A stretch of DNA of 43,680 nucleotides, taken from Deltaproteobacteria bacterium (GTDB lineage Bacteria > Myxococcota_A > UBA9160 > SMWR01). The stretch is taken from positions 1 to 43,680 of the forward strand of contig JAHEEJ010000001.1 in NCBI GenBank assembly GCA_024640705.1. Reading direction: 5' to 3'. The position numbers and the translations under genes were made by a program. Positions 1 to 9,257 of this stretch are shown here, one piece after another. The notes under the pieces were generated by a model, which saw only the letters and a list, made by a program, of their open reading frames with translations, was not told where the DNA came from and made no database searches. Position 1 is the first letter of the stretch, and each line of letters begins with the position of its first letter.

Positions 1-1
1 G

Positions 2-1612
2 CAGAACCCGCGCCACTGGGCGGTCGAAGGAGCGCCCTGGGACTTCGGGATGACGCTGTTCCCGGAAGAGATCGATCGCATCATGCCGGAACTCTCGATC
101 GGCTTCGAGCGCTTTCCCGTGCTGCAGAACGTCGGCATCAAGCGCTGGGTCAACGGCGCGTTCACCTTCACGCCCGATGGCAACCCGTTGGTCGGGCCGG
201 TCGAGGGCATCCCGAACTACTGGGCGGCGTGCGGTTGCATGTCGGGATTCTCGCAGTGCGCCGGGATCGGGCTCGCGCTCGCCAACTGGATCGTCGACGG
301 TGACCCGGGGCTGAACGCATTCGGAATGGATGTCGCGCGCTTCGGCCCCTACGCGTCGAACGATCGCTACCTGCGGGACACCACCGGACAATTCTACGCG
401 CGGCGGTTCGTGATGGCGTATCCGAACGAAGAGCTGCCCGCGGGTCGGCCGCTCAAGACGACGCCGTGTTACGACGAGCTGGCGGCGGCGGGGGCGCGAT
501 TCAGTGTGAACTGGGGGCTCGAGGTTCCGCTGTATTTCGCGCCCAATTCGGCGTTCGAGGAGAACGAAACGCTCGGCCGCTCGAATGCGGAGTTGCTCGT
601 GGCCGACGAGGTCGAGGCCGTGCGCACCGCTGCGGGCGCGTACGAGATTGCGCAGTACGCGCGCTACGAGGTCAGCGGCGCGGGCGCCGAAGCGTGGCTC
701 GATCGTCTGGTGGCGAGTCGCAACCCGGAAGTCGGCCGCATCCGTCTGGCGCCCATGCTCGGCGAAGCGGGCCGCTTGATGGGCGATCTTTCGGTTTCGC
801 GGCTGGAAGAGCAGCGCTTCTGGCTCACGGGCTCCTACTACCTCCAGACCTGGCACCAGCGCTGGTTTCGCGATCAGCTGCCCCACAGCGGGGTGGCACT
901 GCGCAACATCACGGACGATTGGATGGGTTTTTCGCTGTCCGGACCCGCGTCGCGCGCGATCCTCGAGCGGCTCGTTCACGACGACGTGTCGGACGAGGCG
1001 TTCCCGTTCCTGGCGGTTCGGATGCTGGATGTCGGTACTGCACGCGCTGCCGTCGGAAGGATTTCACTCACCGGCGAGCTCGGCTACGAGATCGTGGTCC
1101 CGGCGAACCGGCACCGGACGCTCTTGCGGGAGCTGCGAGAGGCGGGGCAGGAGAGCGGACTGCGCCTCGTTGGAGACCGCGCGATCGACAGCCTCCGGTT
1201 GGAGAAGGCGTACGGCATCTGGAACGCGGAGTTCACGCAGGCCTACACACCGGGCATGAGCGGACTCGATCGGTTCGTGGCGTTCGACAAGGGCGACTTC
1301 ATCGGTCGTGCGGCCGCGCTCCGCGAGCGCGAAGAGGGTGCGGCTCAACGACTCGTATTGCTCGAAGTGGATGCTGGAGATGCGGACGCGTCCGCCGACG
1401 ACGGAATCTGGATCGGCGAGCGGCGGGTGGGATTCGTCACCTCAGGCGCGTACGGTCACCATGTGAAGAAGAGTCTGGCGCTCGCGTACGTCGATCGGGA
1501 CGCCATCGACTCCGCGGACGACCTCGACGTGTACGTCGTGGGAGAAGCGCGAACGGCCCGAATCCTTCCGGCGGCTCCGTACGATCCGACGAGCAGCAAG
1601 CTCCGCGGTTAG
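2..1612 (+). CDS. FAD-dependent oxidoreductase with C-terminal GcvT (aminomethyltransferase, folate-binding) domain, dimethylglycine/sarcosine dehydrogenase family; 5' end lies outside the window
   Basis: The frame is open from nt 2 with no stop before the ATG at 50. The C-terminal half has GcvT-like segments (LTGELGYEIVVP, GDRAIDSLRLEKAYGIW, VTSGAYGHHVKKSLALAYV). The N-terminal part looks like the end of a DAO-type FAD domain. Confidence 0.8.
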   Translation, partial: QNPRHWAVEGAPWDFGMTLFPEEIDRIMPELSIGFERFPVLQNVGIKRWVNGAFTFTPDGNPLVGPVEGIPNYWAACGCMSGFSQCAGIGLALANWIVDGDPGLNAFGMDVARFGPYASNDRYLRDTTGQFYARRFVMAYPNEELPAGRPLKTTPCYDELAAAGARFSVNWGLEVPLYFAPNSAFEENETLGRSNAELLVADEVEAVRTAAGAYEIAQYARYEVSGAGAEAWLDRLVASRNPEVGRIRLAPMLGEAGRLMGDLSVSRLEEQRFWLTGSYYLQTWHQRWFRDQLPHSGVALRNITDDWMGFSLSGPASRAILERLVHDDVSDEAFPFLAVRMLDVGTARAAVGRISLTGELGYEIVVPANRHRTLLRELREAGQESGLRLVGDRAIDSLRLEKAYGIWNAEFTQAYTPGMSGLDRFVAFDKGDFIGRAAALREREEGAAQRLVLLEVDAGDADASADDGIWIGERRVGFVTSGAYGHHVKKSLALAYVDRDAIDSADDLDVYVVGEARTARILPAAPYDPTSSKLRG

Positions 1613-1613
1613 G

Positions 1614-1668
1614 CGTGCGGCCCCACGCTGGGGCCGTGCGGCGCTGCAAGCGAATCCGAAAGATTCGC
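1614..1668 (+). terminator. Two GC-rich hairpins directly after the stop codon (possible U-tract-less terminator)
   Basis: Perfect 8-bp stem cggcccca/tggggccg (1618-1636), extendable with G-U pairs to 1614-1640. Second stem gcgaatc/gattcgc (1650-1668). No T-run follows either. Confidence 0.3.
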
Positions 1669-1865
1669 CAGTTGGCTCGGCGCCCGGTCCGCACTCGCAC
1701 GAGCAGGCGGTGTCGCGTAGAATGCCGCCTCCGCTGGCCCCCGGGATTCGAGGCCGGGAATTGGCCTCACGGGCGACTCGTGGCTGCAGCCGCGCGACGC
1801 GCGAGCACCTGCCTCGGAATCGCCGGGTGGTCGGGAAGGCCTCAATCCGGTAGGTAGAAGGCCAG

Positions 1866-2390
1866 ATGATCGACGCTGAAAATAATGGGCAGACACGCAT
1901 CGATGTCGACGAGGCGCTGCCCTCGGTGGAGATTCCGCGGCGGATTCTCAACGATCTCTACGCACACGCGATCCAGAGCCTGCCCGAGGAGTGCTGCGGG
2001 TTGATCGTGGGGACGGACGAAGACCGTTTCGAGCGCCTCGTGCGCTGCCGCAACGAGATGACGATGCGCCACCGGCAAGACCCGGTCGAATATCCTCGGG
2101 ATGGAACGGAAGCGTTCTACATGAATTCGCTGGACTACATGATCGTCTTCGAGGAGGCCGAAGCGCGCGGAGCGCAGGTGACGGCGGTCTATCACTCGCA
2201 CGTCGGTGTAGGTGCCTACTTCTCTGGAATGGATCTGACCTACGCGGAAAGCGCGAACTTTCCGTTTCCCAACGCAGATCACATCGTCGTCGCAATCTTC
2301 GACCGCAAGGTGGATTCCGTGGGCTTCTTCCGCAAGGGCGGGGAAGGGCAAGCGTTTCTTGGGCACACGGTCATTTCTTCCGAAACGTGA
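1866..2390 (+). CDS. JAMM/MPN+ (Mov34) family zinc metalloprotease, Mec/CysO-hydrolase-like
   Basis: Catalytic Glu context PEECCGLIVG, and YHSHVGVGAYFSGMD, which matches the HxHx7Sx2D JAMM zinc motif. 174 aa, single domain. Confidence 0.85.
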   Translation: MIDAENNGQTRIDVDEALPSVEIPRRILNDLYAHAIQSLPEECCGLIVGTDEDRFERLVRCRNEMTMRHRQDPVEYPRDGTEAFYMNSLDYMIVFEEAEARGAQVTAVYHSHVGVGAYFSGMDLTYAESANFPFPNADHIVVAIFDRKVDSVGFFRKGGEGQAFLGHTVISSET

Positions 2391-2468
2391 AAATGAACGG
2401 CTGGGGTGCTTGCCGCGTGGATCGCAGCGCCTCGACTGGCCCGGGCCGGGTTCGTATCCCCGGCGCGC

Positions 2469-4904
2469 TCAGCGTACCGGTTGCAACCGCCAGGTCTGCT
2501 CGGCGTACTCGCGTACCGTGCGATCGCTCGAGAAGCGGCCGATCCGAGCCACGTTCAGCGCGGCGCGGCGCGCCCAACCGTGGGTGTCGGTGAAATCGCG
2601 CTCGACCCGATGTTGCGTCGCCACGTAGGCGTCGAAGTCCGCCAGGTGGTAGAAGACGTCGCCGTGCTCGACGAGTGCGGCAAAGATCGACTGAAACAGA
2701 TCCGGCCCATCCGATGAGAAGCGTCCGTCGCGCAGCGCGTCGAGTGCGCGACGCAGCTCCGGCGAGGACTCGTAGATCTTCCGGGGGTCATATGCCGCTC
2801 GAGCCTCGAGATCCTCGATCTCTTCGGTGCGCAAGCCGAAGATGTAGATGTTTTCTTCGCCCACCGCGTCGCGGATCTCGATGTTTGCACCATCGAGCGT
2901 ACCGATCGTCACGGCGCCGTTGAGTGCGAGTTTCATGTTTCCCGTACCCGAGGCCTCGCGTCCAGCGGTGGAGATCTGCTCCGACAGGTCGGCCGCCGGG
3001 ATGATGCGCTCGGCGAGCGACACGCTGTAGTCGGGCAGGAATGCCACGCGCAGTCGGCCCTGCACGCGAGCGTCCGCGTTCACGACCCGGGCCACCTCGT
3101 TGATGAGTCGGATCACCAGCTTTGCCATTGCGTAACTCGGCGCCGCCTTGCCAGCGAAGAGGCAGGTCCTGGGCGTCTCGAGTTCGCGACCATCCTCCAC
3201 GATTGACAGATAGAGATGAATCATGTGCAGAGCCGCCAGCAGCTGGCGCTTGTACTCGTGGATTCGCTTCACCTGCACGTCGAAGAGGCTAGCCGGATCG
3301 ACTTCGATGCCGGTTTTCGCCTTCACCACTCGCGCGAGTCGCTGCTTGTTGGCGAGCTTGACGGCCAGGAAGCGTTCGCGGAATGCCGGATCCTCGATGT
3401 GGGGTTCGAGTGTCACCAGGGCATCGAGGTTGCGCACCCACTCGTCTCCGATGCGCTCGCTGACCAGCGCGGCCAGCTCGGGGTTGGCGTGCCGCAGCCA
3501 GCGCCGTGGTGTAATGCCGTTGGTCTTGTTGTGGAACTTCTCGGGCCACAATTCGTAGAAATCCGGCACGAGGCGTTTCTTCAGCAGGCGGGTGTGCAGT
3601 TCAGAGACGCCGTTCACCGCGAAACTCCCGGCGATGGCGAGGTTCGCCATTCGCGCGCGTTTCGGATCGCTCTCTTCGATGATCGACACGCGCCGCAGGC
3701 GCTCCAGATCGCCAGGCCAGCGCCCGTCGACCTGCTTCAGCAGCCGCTCGTTCACCAGCTCGATCAGCTGAAGGTGGCGAGGCAACACCCGGGCGAGCAT
3801 CGGCAGCGGCCAGCACTCGAGCGCTTCGGGAAGCAAGGTGTGGTTCGTATACGCGAAACTCTTCTCGACGAGTGCCCAGGCTGCGTCGAACGCGAAGCCC
3901 TGCTCGTCCACCAGCAGTCGCAGCAGCTCCACCACCGCAAGCGCCGGGTGGGTGTCGTTCAAATGGATCGCGACGCGCTCGGGCAGGGTCTGCGGGGGCT
4001 CGCCGGCCGCCCGGTGACGCGCACAGATGTCGCGCAGCGCGCAGGCGACGAAGAAGTACTCCTGCAGCAGGCGCAGCTCCCGACCTGATTCGTGCGAATC
4101 CGATGGATAGAGCAGCTTCGAGATGCGCTCGTAGTCGATCTTGTTGCGAAAGGCTGCCGCGTAGTCACCCCGATTGAACTGCTCGAAATCGATCTCGTCG
4201 AGTGGATGGGCGGAATAGAGCCGCAGCACGTTCACCGTGTGACCGCCGTAGCCGACGATCGGCATGTCGTGAGGGATGCCGATCAGCGCGCGCCAACCCG
4301 TCCAGGCCGCCTTTCCGCGCAAGCGGCGCCGGCGCGCGCGGCCGAACACCGGAATCAATACGGCCTGGTCGCGTCGTTCGATCAACCAGGGCGTACCGAG
4401 TGCGCGCCAGCTGTCCGGCTCTTCGCGTTGTTCGCCGTTTTCGAAACGCTGGCGGAACAGACCGTGTTCGTAGTTGATGCCGTAACCGAGTCCGGGAAGA
4501 TCGAGCGTGGCGAGCGAGTCCAGCATGCAGGCTGCGAGCCTGCCGAGTCCTCCGTTGCCCAACGCGGCGTCCGGCTCGACCTGGTCGAGATCGCTGAGGT
4601 CGACGCCGAGTTCTGCGAGCGCGCGTTCGACGACGTCGAGCAGGTCGAGGTTCAGCAGGTTGTTCGACAGAGAACGCCCGACCATGTATTCGACGGAGAG
4701 GTAGTAGACGTGTCGCGCGCGGGGTCGTGTCGCCGCGTAGCGTTCCTCGGTCGCGAACATGCGTTCGATCATCTGCTCCCGCACGGCGAGACTGGTCGCC
4801 TGGAAGAAGTCGCGCGCAGAGGCATCGCTCCAGCGTTTGCCGAGCGTGTACCGGAGCTTTCGGCGAATCAGGCTGGCCAGCTCGGTGGGTTGGGGCAGTG
4901 TCAT
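2469..4904 (-). CDS. glgP: Glycogen/alpha-glucan phosphorylase (GT35)
   Basis: 811 aa. PLP-lysine motif EASGTGNMKLALNGA. Family-typical length and N-terminal RKLRYTLGK segment. Confidence 0.95.
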   Translation of the reverse strand: MTLPQPTELASLIRRKLRYTLGKRWSDASARDFFQATSLAVREQMIERMFATEERYAATRPRARHVYYLSVEYMVGRSLSNNLLNLDLLDVVERALAELGVDLSDLDQVEPDAALGNGGLGRLAACMLDSLATLDLPGLGYGINYEHGLFRQRFENGEQREEPDSWRALGTPWLIERRDQAVLIPVFGRARRRRLRGKAAWTGWRALIGIPHDMPIVGYGGHTVNVLRLYSAHPLDEIDFEQFNRGDYAAAFRNKIDYERISKLLYPSDSHESGRELRLLQEYFFVACALRDICARHRAAGEPPQTLPERVAIHLNDTHPALAVVELLRLLVDEQGFAFDAAWALVEKSFAYTNHTLLPEALECWPLPMLARVLPRHLQLIELVNERLLKQVDGRWPGDLERLRRVSIIEESDPKRARMANLAIAGSFAVNGVSELHTRLLKKRLVPDFYELWPEKFHNKTNGITPRRWLRHANPELAALVSERIGDEWVRNLDALVTLEPHIEDPAFRERFLAVKLANKQRLARVVKAKTGIEVDPASLFDVQVKRIHEYKRQLLAALHMIHLYLSIVEDGRELETPRTCLFAGKAAPSYAMAKLVIRLINEVARVVNADARVQGRLRVAFLPDYSVSLAERIIPAADLSEQISTAGREASGTGNMKLALNGAVTIGTLDGANIEIRDAVGEENIYIFGLRTEEIEDLEARAAYDPRKIYESSPELRRALDALRDGRFSSDGPDLFQSIFAALVEHGDVFYHLADFDAYVATQHRVERDFTDTHGWARRAALNVARIGRFSSDRTVREYAEQTWRLQPVR

Positions 4905-4908
4905 GCGA

Positions 4909-7056
4909 TTACGCTCCTTTCGCGTCGGGCGGAAGAGTATCGGCTGCCCGCCCGATCTGCGGGAGCCCAGCCCGCAGCGGTGCGTCGGCCGCCAACGCCT
5001 CGAGCGTGCAGCCCATCCGCCGACACCATCCCGGGTGGCGCTCCGAGCCGATTCCGGGCAGGTGCAGCGGCTCGATCTCGCCGGCCAGATCGTCGAGCGA
5101 GACGGCTACGAGTCGAGCCGCGGTCTTTGCCAGGAACGCCGACGTCGCCCGGCACCAATCCGCCGGAGTGGGCTCGCCGTCGGGCGGAAGCAGATCCTCG
5201 GTGCGCAACCGCTCCAGCCAGGCGCTGCGCTCGGCAGCGCGTTGTTGCTGGGCGGATGCATGGTCCGATGGGTCGGCGAGTTCGCCCAGGCCATGCCGCA
5301 GCTCGAGATCGCGTCCGCGGAGCCAGCCCGAAAGCGGTGCCAGGTCGTGCGTATTGGCACTCGCGAGCGCCCGCGCGGGGATTTGCGAAGCCGGGCGGAA
5401 GCTCGTGTCCTCGCGCTCGAAGGTCAGCACCGACGAGGACAGAATCCCCCAGGAAGCCAACTCGGCGGGCAGGTCCGCCGGCACGGTGCCGAGATCCTCG
5501 CCCACCACGACAGCGCGATGGCGCTGGCTCTCGAGCGCCACCACGCCGAGCAGTTCGTCGCGCGGGTAGCGGACGTAGGCGCCTTCTGCAGCGGGGCGCC
5601 CTTGCGGGATCCAGAACAGCCGCTCGAAACCCATCACGTGATCGATTCGCAAGGCCCCGAGGTGGCGGAAGTTGTTGGCCAGCAGTCGGGCGAAAAACCG
5701 GTAGCCGTCCGCGCGAAGCGCCTGCGGGTCGAGCGGTGCGACGCCCCAATCCTGACCGTCCGCACTGAAGGCGTCCGGCGGCGCGCCGACGTGGACACCG
5801 GACGCGAATCGCCCGCCGAAACTCCAGGTGTCGGCGGAGCCCAGCGACGAGCCGACGGCCAGGTCCCCGTAGAGTCCGAGGCGCAAGCCCGCGGCGCGCC
5901 CCGTTTTGGCGGCACGGCCGAGCTGCCGGTCGAGTTCGAACTGGAGCCAACTGCGAAAATCCACCTCGCCCACGTGCTCGGCGCGGAAGCGAGCGACGGC
6001 GGCACCGCGTGCATCGCGCAGCGGAGCGGGCCACAACCGCCAGTCCGAACCGCCTTGCTGAGCTGCGATCGTTTCGAAGGTGGCGAAGTCGAGCAGCGCC
6101 TCCCCCTCGCGCTCGCGGTAGGCATCGCAGGCAGCGCGGCGCGTCGCCTGTGCTTCAGAGCACCGGTGGAGTTCGCGCAGCAGCTCCAGCTTTGCGTCGA
6201 GCACGGCGCCGTAATCGATCGCCTTCGCGCTGCGCAGCGAAGCGAGGGTCTGCCGCTTGGCGGGCGTGTCGAGCCCGGTTCGCGCGGCTTCGCAGTCGGC
6301 GAACTCCGGAACCGCTTCGACATCCAGATAGAGCGGGCTGCGAAACAGCCGACTCACCGGTCCGTACGGCGAGACTTCGTCGGCACGAGCCGGAATCGCG
6401 TGCAACGGCGGGATGCCGATGAAGTCGCCGCCCCACTCGCCGCAAAGGCGCGCCAGTGTTCCAAGGTCGCTGAGATCTCCGAAACCCCAGTGTCCGCTGC
6501 GTTCACTCCGAACGGTGTAGAGGTTGGTCCAGACGCCGAAACCGCGCGTCGCACCCAACGCCTCGGCTGCGCCGAAGGCCGTGCGCGGCACGACCCAGAG
6601 GCGCTGTTCGGCGCGGCCGCTGGCCCAGATCAGCCGGACGCAGTGAACCCCCGCGCTCGGCTGTGCGGGGAGGGGGAGGCGCAGCGGTGTCCCGGCGGGC
6701 ATGCCCGGCAGCTCGCGCTCGAGCGCGGCCTGGGTTCCGTCCTCGTGCTCGAGTTCGATGCGGATGGCCAATGCGTTGCGGGTACCCGGATGGCGCAACA
6801 GCAGCGCGGGTGTGAGTCGCGCGTGTTGCCGCCACACCTGAACGGGCTCGATCGGGGCCGAGTGCTGCTCGCGCTCGAGGGTGGCGAGCGCTCGTGCCGC
6901 GAGATCTTCGCACGAAGCGTCATGGCCCATCGCCGCGCACAAGGCTTCGCGCGTGGTGTCGCTCGTCTCGTGCCGGACACCGGCGATATCGTGAAAGACG
7001 TCCACCACGCCGAGGCGTGCAGCCAGCGCTTGCAGACACGGCCGCGTGGCGGTCAT
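4909..7056 (-). CDS. malQ: 4-alpha-glucanotransferase (amylomaltase, GH77), long form
   Basis: GH77 motifs GIPPLHA, SPYGPVSRLFRSPLYLD, GALRIDHVMGF, VVGEDLGTVP. The start overlaps the glgB stop by 4 nt (ATGA). Confidence 0.93.
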   Translation of the reverse strand: MTATRPCLQALAARLGVVDVFHDIAGVRHETSDTTREALCAAMGHDASCEDLAARALATLEREQHSAPIEPVQVWRQHARLTPALLLRHPGTRNALAIRIELEHEDGTQAALERELPGMPAGTPLRLPLPAQPSAGVHCVRLIWASGRAEQRLWVVPRTAFGAAEALGATRGFGVWTNLYTVRSERSGHWGFGDLSDLGTLARLCGEWGGDFIGIPPLHAIPARADEVSPYGPVSRLFRSPLYLDVEAVPEFADCEAARTGLDTPAKRQTLASLRSAKAIDYGAVLDAKLELLRELHRCSEAQATRRAACDAYREREGEALLDFATFETIAAQQGGSDWRLWPAPLRDARGAAVARFRAEHVGEVDFRSWLQFELDRQLGRAAKTGRAAGLRLGLYGDLAVGSSLGSADTWSFGGRFASGVHVGAPPDAFSADGQDWGVAPLDPQALRADGYRFFARLLANNFRHLGALRIDHVMGFERLFWIPQGRPAAEGAYVRYPRDELLGVVALESQRHRAVVVGEDLGTVPADLPAELASWGILSSSVLTFEREDTSFRPASQIPARALASANTHDLAPLSGWLRGRDLELRHGLGELADPSDHASAQQQRAAERSAWLERLRTEDLLPPDGEPTPADWCRATSAFLAKTAARLVAVSLDDLAGEIEPLHLPGIGSERHPGWCRRMGCTLEALAADAPLRAGLPQIGRAADTLPPDAKGA

Positions 7057-9257
7057 GTGCGTGCCGGGACCAGCACCAGCGCCGAGAGCGCGGGCAGACA
7101 GAGCCGGAGCGATTGCGGCAGACCGTGCCAGGGGATCGCTTCCGTTTCAACCAGCTCACGCGTCGATTGCCCACCGCCGCCGTAGCGGGAGGCGTCACTC
7201 GAGAGCAGCTCCCGGTAGGCGCCGCCGCTGGGCACTCCGATCCGATGGTCGAGGCGAGGCACCGGTGTCAGGTTCAGGATCACCAGCGCGTGGGCATCTC
7301 CGTCGCGACGCTGGTACGAAAGCACGGAGTTCTCCCGGTCGTTGCAGTCGATCCAGGCGAAGCCCGTCGGATCGTGATCCCAGCGCCAGAAACAGGGGCG
7401 CTCGCGATAGATTCGAGCCAGATCCTGCAGGAATTGCTGCAGCCCTCGCCGACGCGGGTCGTCCGCCAGGTGCCAGTCGAGGCTCGCGTCGAAGTTCCAT
7501 TCGTTTGCAGGACCCAGCTCGGTGCCCATGAAGGTGAGTTGCTTTCCCGGCCGCGTCCACTGGTAGGCGAGCAGCAGGCGCAACTGGGCGAAGCGCTGCG
7601 CCTCGTCTCCCGCAAATTTTGCCAGCAACGAGCCCTTGCCGTGCACGACCTCGTCGTGGGAGAGCGGCATCAGGAAGAATTCGTCGTACTCGTAGAGCAT
7701 GGCGAAGCTGAGCTCGTCGTGATGAAAGCGACGGTGGACCGGGTCCCGCTCCAGGTAGCGGAGCGTGTCGTGCATCCAACCGAGGTTCCACTTGAAGGTG
7801 AAACCGAGGCCGTCTTCGGCGACGGGGTGTGTGACGCCGCGCCAGGCGGTCGATTCTTCGGCGATCGTCATGCAGCCCGGATGCCGCTCGGCGACCAGGC
7901 TCGTGAGCTCGCGCAGAAACGCCACCGCTTCGATGTTCTCGCGGCCGCCGTAGCGATTGGGCGTCCACTCGCCCGGCTTGCGCGAGTAGTCGAGGTAGAG
8001 CATCGAAGCCACCGCGTCTACGCGCAGCCCATCCACGTGGAACTCTTCGAGCCAGTAGAGCGCATTCGCGATCAGGAAGTTCTTCACCTCCAGGCGGCCG
8101 AAGTTGAAGATCAGGGTGCCCCAATCCGGGTGTTCGGCGCGCTTGGGGTCGGCGTGCTCGTAGAGGGGGGTTCCGTCGAAGAGGCGCAGCGCCCAGTCGT
8201 CGCGCGGAAAGTGCGCAGGCACCCAGTCGAGAATCACGCCGAGGCCGTGCTGGTGGCAGTGGTCTACCAGAAATCGCAGATCGTCCGGATCGCCGTAGCG
8301 CGCGGTGGGTGCGTAGTAGCCGGTCACCTGGTAACCCCAGGACGGCGTGAAGGGATGCTCCATGACCGGCAGCAGTTCGATGTGCGTAAAGCCGAAGCGC
8401 TGCGCGTGGGCGACGAGGCGCGGGGCCAGTTCGCGGTAGCCGAGGACGCGGTTGCCGTCCTCGGGCACCCGCGCGAAAGAACCGAGGTGCACCTCGTAGA
8501 TCGCGAGTGGCTCCCGCCGCGGCTCGCGCCCGCCGCGCTCGCGGATCCAGGCGTCGTCGCCCCAGCTGTAGTGGGAGGCGTGCACGCGGGCGGCCATGGC
8601 CGACGGGTGCTCGGTCTGGCGGGCGAGCGGGTCGGCCTTCTCGCGCAGCACGCCGTCCGGTGTGCGGATCTCGAATTGGTAGAGCGCGCCCGGTTCGACA
8701 TCGGGGACGAAAAGCTCGAACACGCCGGATCCGCCCAGAGAGCGCATCGGAAACAGGCGCCCGTCCCAGGCGCAGAAGTCGCCGAGCACGCTCACTCCGG
8801 CCGCGTTGGGGGCCCAGACCGCGAATCGGACACCGTCGCTGCCATCGACACGGCACGGGTTTGCGCCGAGTGCCTCCCAAAGCCGCCAGTGTTGGCCTTC
8901 TCCGATCAAGTGCAGGTCGAGTTCACCCAGGGTCGGTGCGAATCGGTAGGGGTCGCCGCGCTCCCATTCGGCTCCGTTGGCAAAAGCAAAATGCAGCCGG
9001 TACGCGAACGGAACGGAGCGATCTGGAATGAAACCCTCGAACAGCCCCGCTGCGATGGCCGGCAGTGAAACGCGCTCACCGTCGGGCATGACACAGGCGG
9101 CACTGCGCGCCTCCGGGTGAAATGCGCGCACCAGCGCTCCAGTGCGTCCGCGCCGGGTGATGGGATGCGCTCCGAGCAGGCGGTGGGGGTCGGTGTGCCG
9201 ACCGGCCAACAGCGCATCTCGCTCGACCGCGGCAAGCGTGGAGCCGCTCGGTGTCAC
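7053..9257 (-). CDS. glgB: 1,4-alpha-glucan branching enzyme (GH13_9)
   Basis: Motifs GFTHIELLPVMEHPFTPSWGYQ, GVILDWVPAHF, VDGLRVDAVASMLY, IAEESTAW, LSHDEVVHGK. The track start is GTG at 9272. I prefer the GTG at 9257, which has a GGAGG 7 nt upstream and overlaps the glgX TGA as GTGA. Confidence 0.93.
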   Translation of the reverse strand: MTPSGSTLAAVERDALLAGRHTDPHRLLGAHPITRRGRTGALVRAFHPEARSAACVMPDGERVSLPAIAAGLFEGFIPDRSVPFAYRLHFAFANGAEWERGDPYRFAPTLGELDLHLIGEGQHWRLWEALGANPCRVDGSDGVRFAVWAPNAAGVSVLGDFCAWDGRLFPMRSLGGSGVFELFVPDVEPGALYQFEIRTPDGVLREKADPLARQTEHPSAMAARVHASHYSWGDDAWIRERGGREPRREPLAIYEVHLGSFARVPEDGNRVLGYRELAPRLVAHAQRFGFTHIELLPVMEHPFTPSWGYQVTGYYAPTARYGDPDDLRFLVDHCHQHGLGVILDWVPAHFPRDDWALRLFDGTPLYEHADPKRAEHPDWGTLIFNFGRLEVKNFLIANALYWLEEFHVDGLRVDAVASMLYLDYSRKPGEWTPNRYGGRENIEAVAFLRELTSLVAERHPGCMTIAEESTAWRGVTHPVAEDGLGFTFKWNLGWMHDTLRYLERDPVHRRFHHDELSFAMLYEYDEFFLMPLSHDEVVHGKGSLLAKFAGDEAQRFAQLRLLLAYQWTRPGKQLTFMGTELGPANEWNFDASLDWHLADDPRRRGLQQFLQDLARIYRERPCFWRWDHDPTGFAWIDCNDRENSVLSYQRRDGDAHALVILNLTPVPRLDHRIGVPSGGAYRELLSSDASRYGGGGQSTRELVETEAIPWHGLPQSLRLCLPALSALVLVPART

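Noticed and set aside
1866-2390. JAMM protease as part of a defence system (CBASS Cap3-like or ubiquitin-like conjugation systems)
   Set aside because: No cyclase, E1/E2-like, effector or ubiquitin-like gene is adjacent. The neighbours are metabolic genes.
2445-2466. tRNA T-arm-like sequence (gccgggttcgtatccccggc) in the JAMM/glgP convergent spacer, possibly a tRNA or an integration-site remnant
   Set aside because: The loop would be 8 nt rather than 7. There is no complementary acceptor stem, D-arm or anticodon arm in the flanking 80 nt, and no integrase or direct repeat nearby.
4092-9068. Very long plus-strand ORFs (4092-5768, 4759-7185, 6894-9068) antisense to malQ and glgB
   Set aside because: Their translations are Arg/Ala/Pro/Gly-rich low-complexity sequence with no motifs. 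They lie exactly opposite genes with unmistakable family motifs. Stop-poor antisense frames are expected at this GC content.
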